DNA of 64,000 bases from Dudresnaya verticillata (GCA_977862235.1 OZ374557.1:2666001-2730000), one strand, 5' to 3'. Shown: positions 46,355 through 58,884, counted from the stretch's first letter. Numbers and translations: made by a program. The notes: generated by a model from the letters alone, not told the origin.

Positions 46355-49300
46355 TTAATGCGAAGCACGAATTTCCCGTCTTCGTCGGTCGAGTGATCGA
46401 GGATGCGATCGACAACGTATTCAGGGCCTTCGCTGACCTTTTCCGCAATGTCTTCGGGTCGCGTAATCGACGGTCGCGTATTCGTAGGGGGTGGCGCGTA
46501 GATGCAGCGGTCCGCGGAGACGCGTTCAACGAGGCCCTTGCGATCGATCACGAGTGTACGCGTATCGTTGAAGAGCACTTTGTACGGCCCCTCCGCGGGG
46601 GATTTCAACTTCGGAAGTTTCGTTTTCCCATCGTGGGTATCGAGGAACACGTAGTCTCCGGGTTTGATGCGGCTCTCCGTGTGGCGGATGCGCTTATCGA
46701 AGTCGCGTTTGTAACGATTCTGAACTCGCTGTAACGAAGTGCGTGCGGAGTCGATTGCGAAATTGAGTCGCTTAACGAAATCGTTGCGAAGGTCCTCCGT
46801 GGGTTTTGGCCGATGCTTTCGCGAGCGATCTTTCACGGTGAACTCGGGCGGCGGTCGCGATAAAACGAGATTGAACTGAGTTGTCTTCGTAGACCGATGA
46901 ACGTGGCAATTGTACGAATACGTTAACGCGGAAACGTAGCGGTCCCAATCGTTTTGGTGGTCGTTCACGTAGTTACGAAGCATCGCGAGGATAGTGCGGT
47001 TATAGCGTTCGGTTTGTCCATTCGTTTGCGGATGATACGCGGAAGTGAATACGTTCGATAACCCGAGTAAGCGACAGACGCCCTGAAAGAACTTCGAAGT
47101 AAATTGTTTCCCGTTATCCGAGAGCACCGAGGCTGGCGGTCCATACTTGAATATCCAAACTTCGCAAAAGGCAACAGCCACGTGATACGCGGTTATTAAT
47201 CGTAGTGTGGCCACCTGGATCAACTTCGTAAAGCGATCCGTAATCACGAGGATGAACTTGCGTCCGGATTTCGTTCGTGGCAACTGGCCTAAGATGTCAA
47301 TCGCGACCGATTCAAGTGGGCGCGTAGCGGGGAAGAGCTTCAAGCGATGAAGATTCCTTCGGAGACGGATTCGATTCCTTGCGCAATGTTTGCAATTGCG
47401 AACCGTGGATGCGATATCGGCTGCCATGTAAGGCCAGTAATACGTTTCGCGAAGCGAGTAGAACATACGATTTTGCCCCGGGTGGCCTGCGAGTAACGAA
47501 TGATGCGCCAGCGTGAGAAAGCGAGGTCGGAGCATCTCGGGCAATGCGATTTGCGTGAGCGTCGGAATCGTTGGGTGCGTTCGTCGCAGGAGACCGTCTC
47601 CATCTTCGTGAAAGAGACTATCCTTCGTTTTCGATTGTCGTGATTGCACCGTCTGGCAGAACGAATCAATACGTTGTCCTTCGAGGATTTCGGTTACCGT
47701 AATCGGCTCAGGTAGGTCCACGGGTTTCACGTCGGTGAGGTCACTCGGTTCTTCGTTGGGGTCAATTCGATAAAGGTCAAACGGATCATCGTCATCGATA
47801 TCGTCCCATAAATCTCAGTCATCGTAGACATCCTTTTGTCCTCCGTATTCATCACGTAGGTCTGCGTCGTGTTCGTGTTCGCAGCCTTCGTGGCACGTAT
47901 GATTGTGGGGTTCGGAACCCGTGGTGACCTCCGTGGGTCGTGGCGTATTGCCTGCTCGATGTACGCGTTTCGCGGGTGTAGTCGTTCGCGTAGAGTCGTG
48001 GCGAATCGCGGTGGGCTTCGATTGACGTTTGCGGGATCGCGTAGTAATGAGAACCGGGTCTCGATCGTTTTCGATGGTTGTCGTGATGTCGTTGCGGAAA
48101 CGTGCTTCGTTCTTTTCTGCGATTTGATCCGAGTCAAACGTAGGAACTTCGTCGTCGATTGCGGGTTGTTCGTGATGCGGAAGTAGCAATCGCGAGAGGG
48201 CATCGGGAATCTGGTGGACGCGACCGGGGCGATACACGATTTCGAAGTCGAATTCGGCTAAGCGAAGCCTCCATCGCGTGAGTCGCCCGGACGAGTCGGT
48301 GAGAGAAAGAAGCCATCGGAGCGCATCGTGGTCCGTACGAACGGTGAACCGGGTCCCTTCGATATACGGACGCAACGAAGTAACCGCCCATACGACTGCG
48401 TAGCATTCGCGCTCGGTTGCGGAGTAGTTCTGCTCGGCATCGTTTAACGAATACGACCAGTAGCCCACGGGTTGGAATTCTTCGTTATCTTGCTCCTGTA
48501 GCAACGCGCATCCGAGTTGATACGCAGACGCGTCCGTATCGATAATGTAACGTTTCCCGAGTTGCGGTAACCGGAGTATCGGCGGTGACACGAGCTTCCG
48601 TTTGAGCGTTTCGAATGCGGTAACCTGATCCTCCGTGGGATTCTCGTAGTCGGGATCCGCGTCCTTTCGCGTAATGTTCGTCAATGGTCGCGCAATTTTC
48701 GCGAAGTCTTTCACGAATCTTCGGTATACGTTACACGCGCCAAGGAACGAACGGACTTGCGTGAGTGTCTTCGGGAACTTCGCGTATCGGGAAGCTTCGG
48801 AGCTCTTTTCGGCCATACTCAGCGCCCCCCGGGAAATTACGTGTCCGAGATAGTCGACTCGCTTTCGGAAAAGGAAGCACTTCTTCATCTTGAGCGAAAC
48901 CCCGGAGTTACGAAGTAGCGTGAGAACTTGATCGAGATGCGCGATGTGTTCACGAAGATTCGCGGAGAAAACGATCACGTCATCGAGGTAAACGAGACAG
49001 CACTGCCAACGGACTCCGGATAGAATGATGTCGAGTGCGCGTTGAAACGTAGCGGGCGCGTTTTTCAATCCGAAGGGCATACGAAGATAACGATAAGTTC
49101 CGAGAAACGAAGTAGACGTAGTATTATCGCGGTCTTCCAGGGCAACCGGAATCTGCCAGTACCCGCTGTTACAATCGAGTGTCGAGAAAATCGAAGCGTC
49201 TCCGAGTGAATCGATACAATCTCCCATCCGGGGAAGTGGGTACGCGTCGGATAGCGTCTTCGGATTGAGTCTTCGGTAATCTACGCAAAAACGAAGTGTT

Positions 49301-50737
49301 CCGTCTTTATTCGGTGCGAGGACTACGGGGGACGCCCACTCCGAGGTGGCTGGTTCGATTACTCCGGCTTCGAGCATACTGTCGATTTCGTTACGGACGA
49401 TTTCACGGATTGCGGGCCCTTGACGATAGGGCATCGAACGAATAGGTCGAGTCCCGGGCTGTAGATCGATCCGATGCTCCGTGGCTGCGATCGTTCCGAG
49501 GTCTCCGTTCCACATCGATTCGTGCTTACGTAGCATCTCGAGGACCTCGTTTCGCATAGTTTCATCGGGTATGTTCGAAAGGTCTACGCGTTCTTCCCAA
49601 TCGCGGGAACTCGAATTGGCTTCTGCTGCTGCGCGGCGCCCTTCGTGAGCGGTTTTTCCTTCGTGGATACGGATTCTTCGGGTGACTTCGAGTCGCCGTG
49701 CTCACGTAGCGTAGAGATGTTGAGCACCTTGGCAAACGAATCCGCGACTTCGCGATCGGGTGTCAAAATCGCGAGAGGGTTTCGAGCTGCGTATCCGATG
49801 ACGGTTCCCTTCGGTAGAGCTCGAGGCTTATCCGTGAAGTTCGCCATCAACACCGAAAACTCGCGATTCGGACTGACTTCGTGTATCCCGTTCGTTAACC
49901 GTACTCCGTGTCGGTGTTGTAACGAAGGCTTCGGTTCGATATGAATTAGTCCAAGTGCTTCCGAGGTCACGGTTACTAGCTTCTGTGAATAACTCGGTAT
50001 GGTGACGCGGCGGTTCAAACGAATGGTACGGGTATCTCGGTCCCAATCATGGACCTCACGTTGGTGTCGCTTCGATAGCGTTTTCTCGAATTTCTGCTTC
50101 GGATTTTTCGAATTAGTAGCGGGTGGAGCCGATCCAACAATGCGGTTGATAATCGGAATCGTGCTTCCACTCTTCGTGATGAGCCTCCGTGGGCGATGTT
50201 TCGTAAATGCGCGTCCATCCACGAAGTTCCAAGGAGAACGTCGACTGCGAGTTTCTCCGCAGCCACGAAGGGTACGCGGTATCGAACGTTCCCAAGGCGG
50301 ACTGTCAGGTAAACGATACCATCGAGTCGCAACGGGGTGCGATCAGCGGACGCGAGCCTCGGAGCTGATTCCATCGTGGACGCGTTCGCTTCCCAACCGG
50401 TGGGTAACGCAGCCCAAGCTATTAGGTTGTAACCGGAACACTTATCGACTGCAATCTTATGCGGCGTCATTACGGAGGCATCGAGGCCAATGGATCCGGT
50501 CACGAGGAAGATCTCCGAAGTCATCAAGCAAACGTATCCCTCGGAGGTAACTTCGGGTTCGATCTTCGAGATCGGTATCTTCTTCGAATTGTTTTCGCAC
50601 GAAGCGTCTTTCGCGAGGACTCGACATCGCTTTCGGTCTCGTCGTCGTGCAGCACACTTCCTTCGCATCGCAGCGGCTCTCGGAATCGGAATACGCGGAG
50701 TGTCTCGGGGAACGGATTCAGACGAAGTACGTGACAC
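46306..50737 (-). pseudogene. pol: E2 pol (PR, RT, RH, integrase copy 1 truncated in the chromodomain), frameshifted
   Basis: ORFs 50015-50737, 49584-50222, 47815-49557 (YLDD), 46306-47730; closely similar to E1 pol. Confidence 0.95.
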
Positions 50738-50754
50738 AACGGGCTTCTTAGCCT

Positions 50755-53197
50755 TTACTCGTTTTCCGAACTCGTACTGGAATCCGAATTGCGAGCGTCC
50801 GCGTCCAATGGGGTGGTTGATCGATCACCTCTTCCGTTGTTCGCGGAGTCTTCGTAAGCCTCCGAGGGCAGGTTCGGGTGACTCGGCTCAATCGCGTCAA
50901 CGTTTTCACGGACTGCGAGAACTGGCTGACGGCCCGGGGCTTGCGCGCTTCTCGGATTGCGGAGAACGGTCGGCGGTCCTCGACGCTCAAAGCTGACTTG
51001 ACGCTGGGCTCGGTCCCTCGGGTAACGCGTATCGCCTTGACGAAGATCGCGGTTTACGCGATTGTCACGTGATCCTCGGGAGTCTTGTCCACGGTGACCT
51101 CGATTGTCAACGGATGCGAACGAATTCCCTCTTGATGCGCCGCGATTCACGAAGTTATTACGCGTATACGGTCTCGTTTCGAGTTGGTACAGGTAGTTCT
51201 GGTACGCGCAATAGAGTTGTTGCTCCTTCGTGAGATACGGACACGAATACATGAGGTGACCGATTTCGCGACAGAACCAACACGGCCACGCATCCTGATT
51301 CTTCGGTATCATCGAACGCGCCATCTCGATTTGCTCCGGGGTCATCGGTGGAACACGTGCGGGCACGAAACGCTCGATGCGACTCTTGAGATCTAACGTA
51401 TCATCCACGGAGACCGTTGTCGAAGTAGTCGGTGTAGCGGATGTGGACCCGGTTCCTGAACGAATCATCATCACGGCCATTTGCGGATCTTCGTTCATCG
51501 GGTACTCGTATTCACTCCCGGGAGTGTCGCAAGCTTCGATAAGCATCGTGCGTCCGGGCGCTTGGCGACGCTTCGGGTACGTAGGAGACACTCGGTTCTT
51601 CGAATCGCGCGACTGTTGGACCGCGGTGTCACGTAGTTCGCGAGCTCGGAATGTCGTGCCTTCGGCTTGCGCGATTCGTTGCACGCTCATAAAATTCTTC
51701 TGCTCGGACAGCGGTAGGCGTCGTACCTGGTCGGCCACGATAGGATACGTAGTAGGTAGTAATCCACGAATAAACTGGTGCGTTAACGAAGAGTCATCGT
51801 AGACACCGGAGCAGACATCCGCGTAGCCTTGCAAACGAGTCGCGAACTCCATCTCGGTTTCATCGGACTTCTGCTTCGCGGTTATCAAGCTATCGTGTGC
51901 GTCTGCGATTACGTCCGTGAGAAATCGTTGTAGTAACACGTTCACGATCGCGGACCAGCAAACCGGGTTGCCCGTACGAACGCCTCCGAAGGCATAGTGT
52001 TGATACACCTTGAGCGCTGTCTCATCGAGAAACCACGAAATCGTACGAACCGCTGCTCCTTCGGTGAGCCCGACTCCGTTCAGCGCTCGTCGAATATCAC
52101 GAAGAAATGCGAGAACCTTAATCGGGTCGCGTCCCGTAAACTTCTCGAGTCTCGGCATCATAGAACGCATGCGTGAAACGGTTTTCGACGTGTTACCTCG
52201 GAATACTTCGTGTTGATTATCCCGAGGTGACGAATTCGTGAGTCGATACGATCGATAGCTTACGGCCCGCGCGAATTCGGGAATGAGCGTCGGTATCGGT
52301 TCGACGCCCGACTCGAGCGGTCCCCAGTGCCAGAACGATGACACGGGTACGCGAGCGGTAACGGATTTTCGATTACGGGTCCTCCGGGAGACATCGGTTG
52401 TTGAAGCGAATCTCGGAATACTGCGGGGTTGATACGGGGGTTGTCGGAGGCATCGGTTGCCTGATGCGATAAAGAGTGCGGGGACGGATTCGGATACGTG
52501 TTTTCGGTAACGTAGATTGGGCACCCGGGCCTTGCACGGGTTGAACTAGCGGCGAATTGCGGGGGTCAGGACGGGCTTCAGAATGATCTTCGCGACTTCG
52601 AGACTTCGGTAACGCTGCGGACACGATGTCACGAATAGCGTTCAACTGTTCCTCGGAGAATGCGTGCGAGCTGCGAACGGGAAGCGAGTGTCACCTTGCC
52701 CATGGGGCGGATACATTGCGCTCGAGCACGAGAAACCGATTGCTGGCTCCCGAGACGAGATCCCGGAGACTCTCGAGTGAGTCTTCGATCCTACGGACCT
52801 TGCCAGCGCGGAAATCGTTGAACTCTGCGTGAGCTCAATTGTGCGTATTACGAATTGAATGCTGCGTGATACGGTACGCGGTAGAAAGCGCATCGATGAC
52901 CTCTTCGTAGAGTAAACGTAGTTCTGAACCGGAGACGTGCTTCATCGAGAAGAGTCGATCGACGGTATCCGAAGGAACGATTTCCAACGGAGTGTACGTA
53001 TACGAAAGGTCGGACTGGCTACCGTGAGCCTGCGAACGCGAGTCTGTGCGAAGATCGGGTACCGTTATTCGTGAAGCGCGAGTGCGAGAAAACGGTTCTC
53101 GGTCACTCGCGTTCGAGTCGAACAACGGGAGCTCCGGAATCGGTACGTTATCGGGTTTCGGTACCGGCGAATCGGGACGACTCGAAGCGTGAGACAT
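50755..53197 (-). pseudogene. gag: E2 gag, frameshifted near its N-terminus
   Basis: ORFs 52835-53197 and 50755-52524; CWFCREIGHLMYSC knuckle. Confidence 0.9.
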
Positions 53198-53250
53198 CGT
53201 GTATCGGATAGAAACGAATTACGGATAAATGCGAAACTTCGGGACCACGT

Positions 53251-53267
53251 TCTAGGTCCGGAGACCA
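53251..53267 (-). promoter_or_regulatory. PBS of E2 (TGGTCTCCGGACCTAGA)
   Basis: Adjacent to the LTR end at 53269; matches E1/E3. Confidence 0.9.
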
Positions 53268-53268
53268 G

Positions 53269-54111
53269 TGTGGTCTAACGAAGTCCACGGAGACGCGGGG
53301 AAGTCTCGCACTGTAAGGAATGCCCTCGGAGCCTAACGAATGGCCTCGTAGCCTAACGAAGAAACGAAAAGGGGTGGTAGCGTGGTAGAGCGGAGCGACC
53401 AACACGAAGGACCACGGTGTCAACGTATTCGTGTGCGGAAGGGAGAACTCGAACGATCGATCACCGGGGATGACTCCGGGTGCGCGGGGCTATCGAAAGC
53501 GAGGCTCGATCGTATCCGCGGTCACGAAGAAGAAGACACCGAACTCGAAGAAACAGGCGTTTACCAAAGACTCCGAGGTCCGGGCGCTAGTCGCTTGCCG
53601 AAAACCCTCCGAGGTTGTGCCAGACGACTGGCTCAGTACTACGACGTGAGCACGAATGCGCGTCAACTCGGGAGACGGTTCGTACTCGAATGATTCGTAA
53701 CGGCCTCGGTGCCAACGAACGGTCGCCTCACGTATGGTGGCGGTTGCGAAGTGCGCCAGCGATGCATACGGAGGTGCGCGTGTCTCGTGGGCTCCGGTGC
53801 CGTTACGCGCGGGAAACAACGGGAACGTCACGAAGGTGGCAGCGATTTCGTATCGGGTGCGCACTGTAATGCGAATGCCATCGTGGCGCGCGCGATCACG
53901 AAGTCGGCTCGGGATTCGTCCGGAGGTGTCAGCAATTTCGTATCACGTGCGTGCGGTAATGCGAATGCCATCGTGGCGCGCGCACAGTATGCGCACTGTA
54001 ATACGTTTGCCATCGTGGCGTGCGCATTCACGGAGTCATTTCGAAATTCGTACTTCTCGATTATTTTCACGTAGGCAACGGAGTCGTTTCACGGATAGCG
54101 TCTATACCACA
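53269..54111 (-). repeat. 5' LTR of E2
   Basis: TG...CA ends; abuts PBS; inverted copy at 39921-40764. Confidence 0.93.
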
Positions 54112-54567
54112 ACCAAATGGTCTGCCGTGGAGGAAGATGCGCGCGGTGCGCGAAGATGTTCGCGTTATGCGACCGCCGACTCGTGGTGGCGTCCTTGACT
54201 GTGGGAGAGAACCAAAGATGGAGAGGAAGATGCGCGCGGGGCGTTGGGACGCCGAGATTTCCGGAGAGGGGCACCTGATGCGGAGTGTGGAAAGAAGCCG
54301 CTGCACGCGCTCGAGGAATGCGGAAGACGATGACGCGGTGTGCGCGAGAGTTGAGGCGGATGACGGCGCAAAACACCTTGCGACTACGCGGGTGCGGACC
54401 CTGATATACGCTCACGCTTTTAGAGCGCTGGATCAGAGTGCGGGAAATCTCGTCGACGGCGTCCTAGCCGCAGAAGTTACGATACGCCGGCTTTGGCCCG
54501 AATACTCTGGCGGAACTGCCAGTGCAAATTGGAAACGGTTCAGACCTCGCGGGGATCTCGGTCTTAC

Positions 54568-54578
54568 GAGGGGGGCCG
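54568..54578 (+). promoter_or_regulatory. PPT of E3
   Basis: GAGGGGGGCCG directly before the 3' LTR. Confidence 0.85.
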
Positions 54579-55189
54579 TGTGGCACAACGGCGATTTGCG
54601 CCAAGTGGAGTGGGCGTTCGACGCTGTAAGTCTTAACGGGCCAATGACCTGTAAGACACTGTCATTGCTGGGCTGCGTCATGATGCGACACGTGATTGGC
54701 GCCTGGCGCGAAATCATCTGCGCCTCATACGCGCAATTGGCGCCTGATCATTGGTGTGGCGCTGGGATAATTCCCGATTATACGCCGCCACAGGGGCGTA
54801 GATCCGCCTCCCATTGCTCAATGTAATTCGTGTACAGTGCACTGTAGTAGATAGTATTAGCACGGCCACAAGCCCTATTTATTGGTCCCCTGAATACCAG
54901 GGCACCCCTGATTGAACCCTACGGGGAGTTTCTCGGTCTTGACCATTTTCTGGATTCCGGGCGCTTCCCGTTCGCTTTCTGGACGCCAACAACAGGCTCG
55001 TCACCGTACGGCAGGTTCCCTGCGGAATACCGGGTCGCGTCCCCCTTTTCCGTTTCCGTTTTCCTGGCCTAGTGCCATTCTACCAAGCCTCTACCACACC
55101 CGAGCTACCCGTGAGCACGACTGTGGACGGTTCCGGACAGGTGTCCTTTGTTCTTTTTGCTCTTCCTGGGCTGGACCCGTTGTGCTACA
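54579..55189 (+). repeat. 3' LTR of E3
   Basis: Direct copy of 29144-29741 with substitutions and small indels. Confidence 0.95.
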
Positions 55190-56207
55190 TTGTGACGGGA
55201 CGCGGTGGGGGGAAGGGGTGAAGGGTTGTCCGGTCGGCGAGAAAGGGCCCTGCAACGGGAGAAATATCGTACACAAACGTCGTGCACCGTCTTTGCCGGG
55301 AACATCCCGAACGGTAATAATTACAGTGGACCGAATCGACGCATACGTCTCACATCAAATTTTATTATAGTGGCATCTACGCCTGCGTCCTGAGCATGCT
55401 CTGGGGCTCCCATACGGGCCAGCGCACTGTTGCCCGTCCGTTCACGCCTGCTTCTTGGGCCTGGTCTGGGGCGCCCATACGGGCCAGCGCGCCGTTCCCA
55501 GGTAATTTCATGGAACCGATTGTAATTACCATAATGATTGAGCGTGACCGTGACGCGCTGTTGAACGGACACGTGGGGGCACGTGCCGCGGCTGTTCCAT
55601 CATGGCGGGCTTCTAGTTTGAATGAGTGCGCCGTTGCGCGCGGTGGCCGCACGGCGCGGAAGCAGGGACAGCAGCTATGCGTGGCAATATGGACTGTCAC
55701 CACACTCTCGCGATGTGCGTTCAGTTGGCTGTATTGAGGGAGGTACAGCGTAGACCCCATCTACCCCGAAAAGACCGACTGGAGTGTACCTCTACGATTT
55801 CCTCAATACATTAAACTGCAGCCGCCGAGAATCCTACTGGAGAAGGGGACAAGCGCCGAGTTTTGCAAAACAGCCCCCAGGCCTCCCAGGCGCCCCAGGT
55901 GTCATCCACCAACACGGCACACCGCACATCGCGCCGTGCGCGCGCAATTCCAAAAGTGTTATGCGCGCGCGCGCGCGCGCGTGTCCTGCGCTCCACGTGC
56001 CCTCCAGCTGTACACAACGTGTACAAGTGGTTCCACCACGCGTTATGCGCCGTGCTGGAACTGTCTAGACGTCACGTCACGCCGCCCAGCTAGGCACTGT
56101 AATGCTTGTAATTAGATAATTACGTAATTAATAAATTAGTTATCGAAATTGGCTGGATGCATGCATCCACATCCAAATTGCCTTCAACGGGAAGGTATGC
56201 GTACACC

Positions 56208-56258
56208 ATCGTACACTCAATCGTACACTCAATCGTACACTCAATCGTACACTCAATC
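56208..56258. repeat. 12 bp tandem repeat x4 (ATCGTACACTCA) upstream of gene A'
   Basis: Direct reading. Confidence 0.9.
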
Positions 56259-56455
56259 CTCGATGACAGTCGAGGGCCAATGGTATGTAACGGTAGTAGG
56301 CGAGGGCGGGAAATGATGGGTGAGGCATTATATAACCGACCTGGATGCGTGAATCCACCCCTCCAGTTTCTACCGCACCCCGCAACCACCCTCCCCCCAC
56401 AAACCTTGCATCGACCCCATTGTTCCTCTCCCTCTTCCCTCTCCTTACCATCAAC

Positions 56456-58884
56456 ATGCCGCCGACCCGACGTTCTGGTCGAAAGCGCAAGGCCGCTGCC
56501 AACAACGGAGCAGCTCGGACCGGAAATGCGGCCATTGACGCACAGTACCTTGCTGCCGACCCAGCTTCTTCTGCCGCCGCTACTGCCGGTCCGTCTTCTT
56601 CCGCCGCTACTGCCGACCCGACTTCTTCCGCCGCTGTTGCCGCCCCGGCTTCTGCCGCTACTGCCGCCCCGGCTTCTTCTTCCGCCGCTGCTGCCGTCCC
56701 GGCTTCTTCCGCCGCCCTTGCGGCTAAGGAGGCCGCCCTCAGGGTCATTGCCTCTTCCGCCCTCAATTCTCGGGTCAAAAGGGCGTTGTCGAAGCCCGGG
56801 AGCCGTTCATCCAAGACGGTTCGTGTAGAAGACCCGCCGGAACGCGCACCACGCAACTCACCCGTTATGAGTGCTGCGTACGAACTGATCCGCGACCTTC
56901 GACGCCGCGAGGCGGAGAAGATTCCGGCTCGCCTGATCGAGCACCTCCCTGGCTTTGAGGCCAATAGTCGGCACGTGGATCTCACCCGTGTTTCAGACTA
57001 CAGCTCGGATATTCACGCGGAGGGATATCGCCAGAACGAGCACGTCATCGTGACGGAGGCTATCTACGAAATGGATGGCGTTCGCGTGAGCGTGCCGCAT
57101 TACGTCGAAGAAGGCAATCACCGCGTCTGCGGCACTCTGGATAGCCTTCGTAACTTCGTTTGGGGTGTGGTCGTGAGGAAGAAGGAAATCTACCGTCTTT
57201 ATACAATGATGGGGTTAATGGAGACGGAGGCGTTGGGACCTGATGCGGAGCTGGCCCGGCATTCGAGAGCGGTGAAGGATCGCATCATTAGAGCACTTGG
57301 TCACCTCATGCTTGCGGCGAACCAGAAGGCTGCTTCTTCAATTCCCTTCGCTCCGTTGGAGCAGGTTCACCAGCTTCGTTCGCTAATTCTGGGGGACCCG
57401 CTTGTCCCGCCTGGAAAAGACGAAGCAGGGAGGATGTTTGGAGGCTGGGAGTTTCTACAGTCACGGATGGCAACTGGCACGATGTCTGGGAGTAACGAGT
57501 CCGTTGTGAAGCATTTCATGCTGAACAACAGCTACAACCAGCGTCGTAGGAACCAGATTCTCAAGGGCTGCCTGCATCTCATGGGTACGCTTGTCTCGCA
57601 CATACCGGAGTTCCTCATTGGCCACAACACTGCCCTGGATGCATGCATCTACATAGAACTCAGGAAGCAGATGCCACCGTTTTCAATGTCGCATATCGAC
57701 AATGCGGGCCGGCTTTCCAAGGGTGAAGTGGACAGGGCTGTCTCGAAGGCTTTGAAGGCGGTGGAGGATCGAGGCTTCGTTCCGGAAGCCATATTAAGCA
57801 GAAATGCTATAGAGAAGGTGCTTGGTACACGCTCTGCACTACCTCGTACCATTGCAATGTCGTCCTCAAGCCAAGGGCAAGCTGAGGATTCTGCCGGGGC
57901 TGATGGCAGCGCAAGCCGTGCCCCCAGGCATTCTTCAACCAGCAAGACCGCGAAGGGTATTTCCGGCAAGAACAAGACCACGAAGACCGGTGGTGGTAAA
58001 GGTAATACGGGCAAGAAGGATCAGGCTCCCGGCCGAACGCACAAGGAGTTGGAAATTCTTTCCGGCGTGAACGCCGCTATGGAAAGAGCGGCTGAGGCGC
58101 AAAAGGCTGCAGAGCAGCAAAAGAAGGACACCGAAGCCGAGATTGCGCGCCATCAGAGGGCGGTCTTGGCGGCATGCACGCGCGCGGAAGAAGCCTAGAA
58201 GCGGGCGGAGGCGAAGCGCAAGAGGGAGGAGAAATAAGCTGCTGAAAAGTCCGCCACGCCGAGGCAAAGGCTGCTGAAGAAGTCCGCCGCGCCGAGGAAA
58301 AGGCTGCTGAAGAGGTCCGCCGCGCAGAGAAGAAGGCTGCGGAACAGATCTGTAAGGCCGAGAAGGACGCTTCCGAGAAAGAGACGAGCGATCATGCTGA
58401 AGAGTCCGCTGAAGTCCTCAATCTCCGTCAGCAACTCGAAGCCATGTCTGAAAGGGTGGATAAGTTGGTGCAGATGCAGAAGGAAGTTGAGACGTCTCCA
58501 GATGTGCAAGCCCTGGTGCAGAAGCGTGTCCAAGAGGTGCTCCAAGCGAAGGAGGATGCAGTCAGCGTTGACACGGAGAAGAAGCTTAAATTGGAGCTGA
58601 TGGAAGAGAAGAAGCGCGCTGCGGAAATGGAGGGCAAGCTCCGTGAAGTCGAGTCGAGGCTGGAATCTCTTCAGAGTGAAACCCTTCCGCCGGTACAGGC
58701 GAGGCATACATCGAAAACCAGCCGTGTCCCTATCACCCAGGCATTGCGAGGTTGGGAAAGGAAAAGCTTTGTGAAGCTGGCAAGCAACTTGGCTGAGGTT
58801 ATTGAGAACCAGAACATAGAACTTCCAAGCGCTGTCGTTCAAAAGCTCCTTCGTAGCGTGAACAAGGGTAATCAAGGAAGCTGA
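56456..58884 (+). pseudogene. Unknown gene A' (homologue of A): Ala-rich repeats, intact core, disrupted coiled-coil C-terminus
   Basis: ORF 56345-58198 (ATG 56456) continuing via 36 bp E/K/A repeats to ORF 58444-58884; aligns with A. Confidence 0.82.

Larger units (their letters stand above)
39921..54111 (-). mobile_element. Ty3/Gypsy LTR retrotransposon E2 nested in E3; LTRs in inverted orientation, integrase duplicated
   Basis: gag-pol on minus strand, PBS 53251-53267, PPT 40767-40783; LTR copies are reverse complements. Confidence 0.92.
29144..55189 (+). mobile_element. Ty3/Gypsy LTR retrotransposon E3 (degenerate, both LTRs present), carrying nested E2
   Basis: Direct LTRs 29144-29741 and 54579-55189, PBS, PPT, gag, pol with chromodomain; flanks TTTTG/TTGTG (4/5 TSD). 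Confidence 0.93.

Noticed and set aside
39921..54111. DIRS-type element because of inverted terminal repeats
   Set aside because: Encodes protease and DDE integrase with PBS/PPT; no tyrosine recombinase
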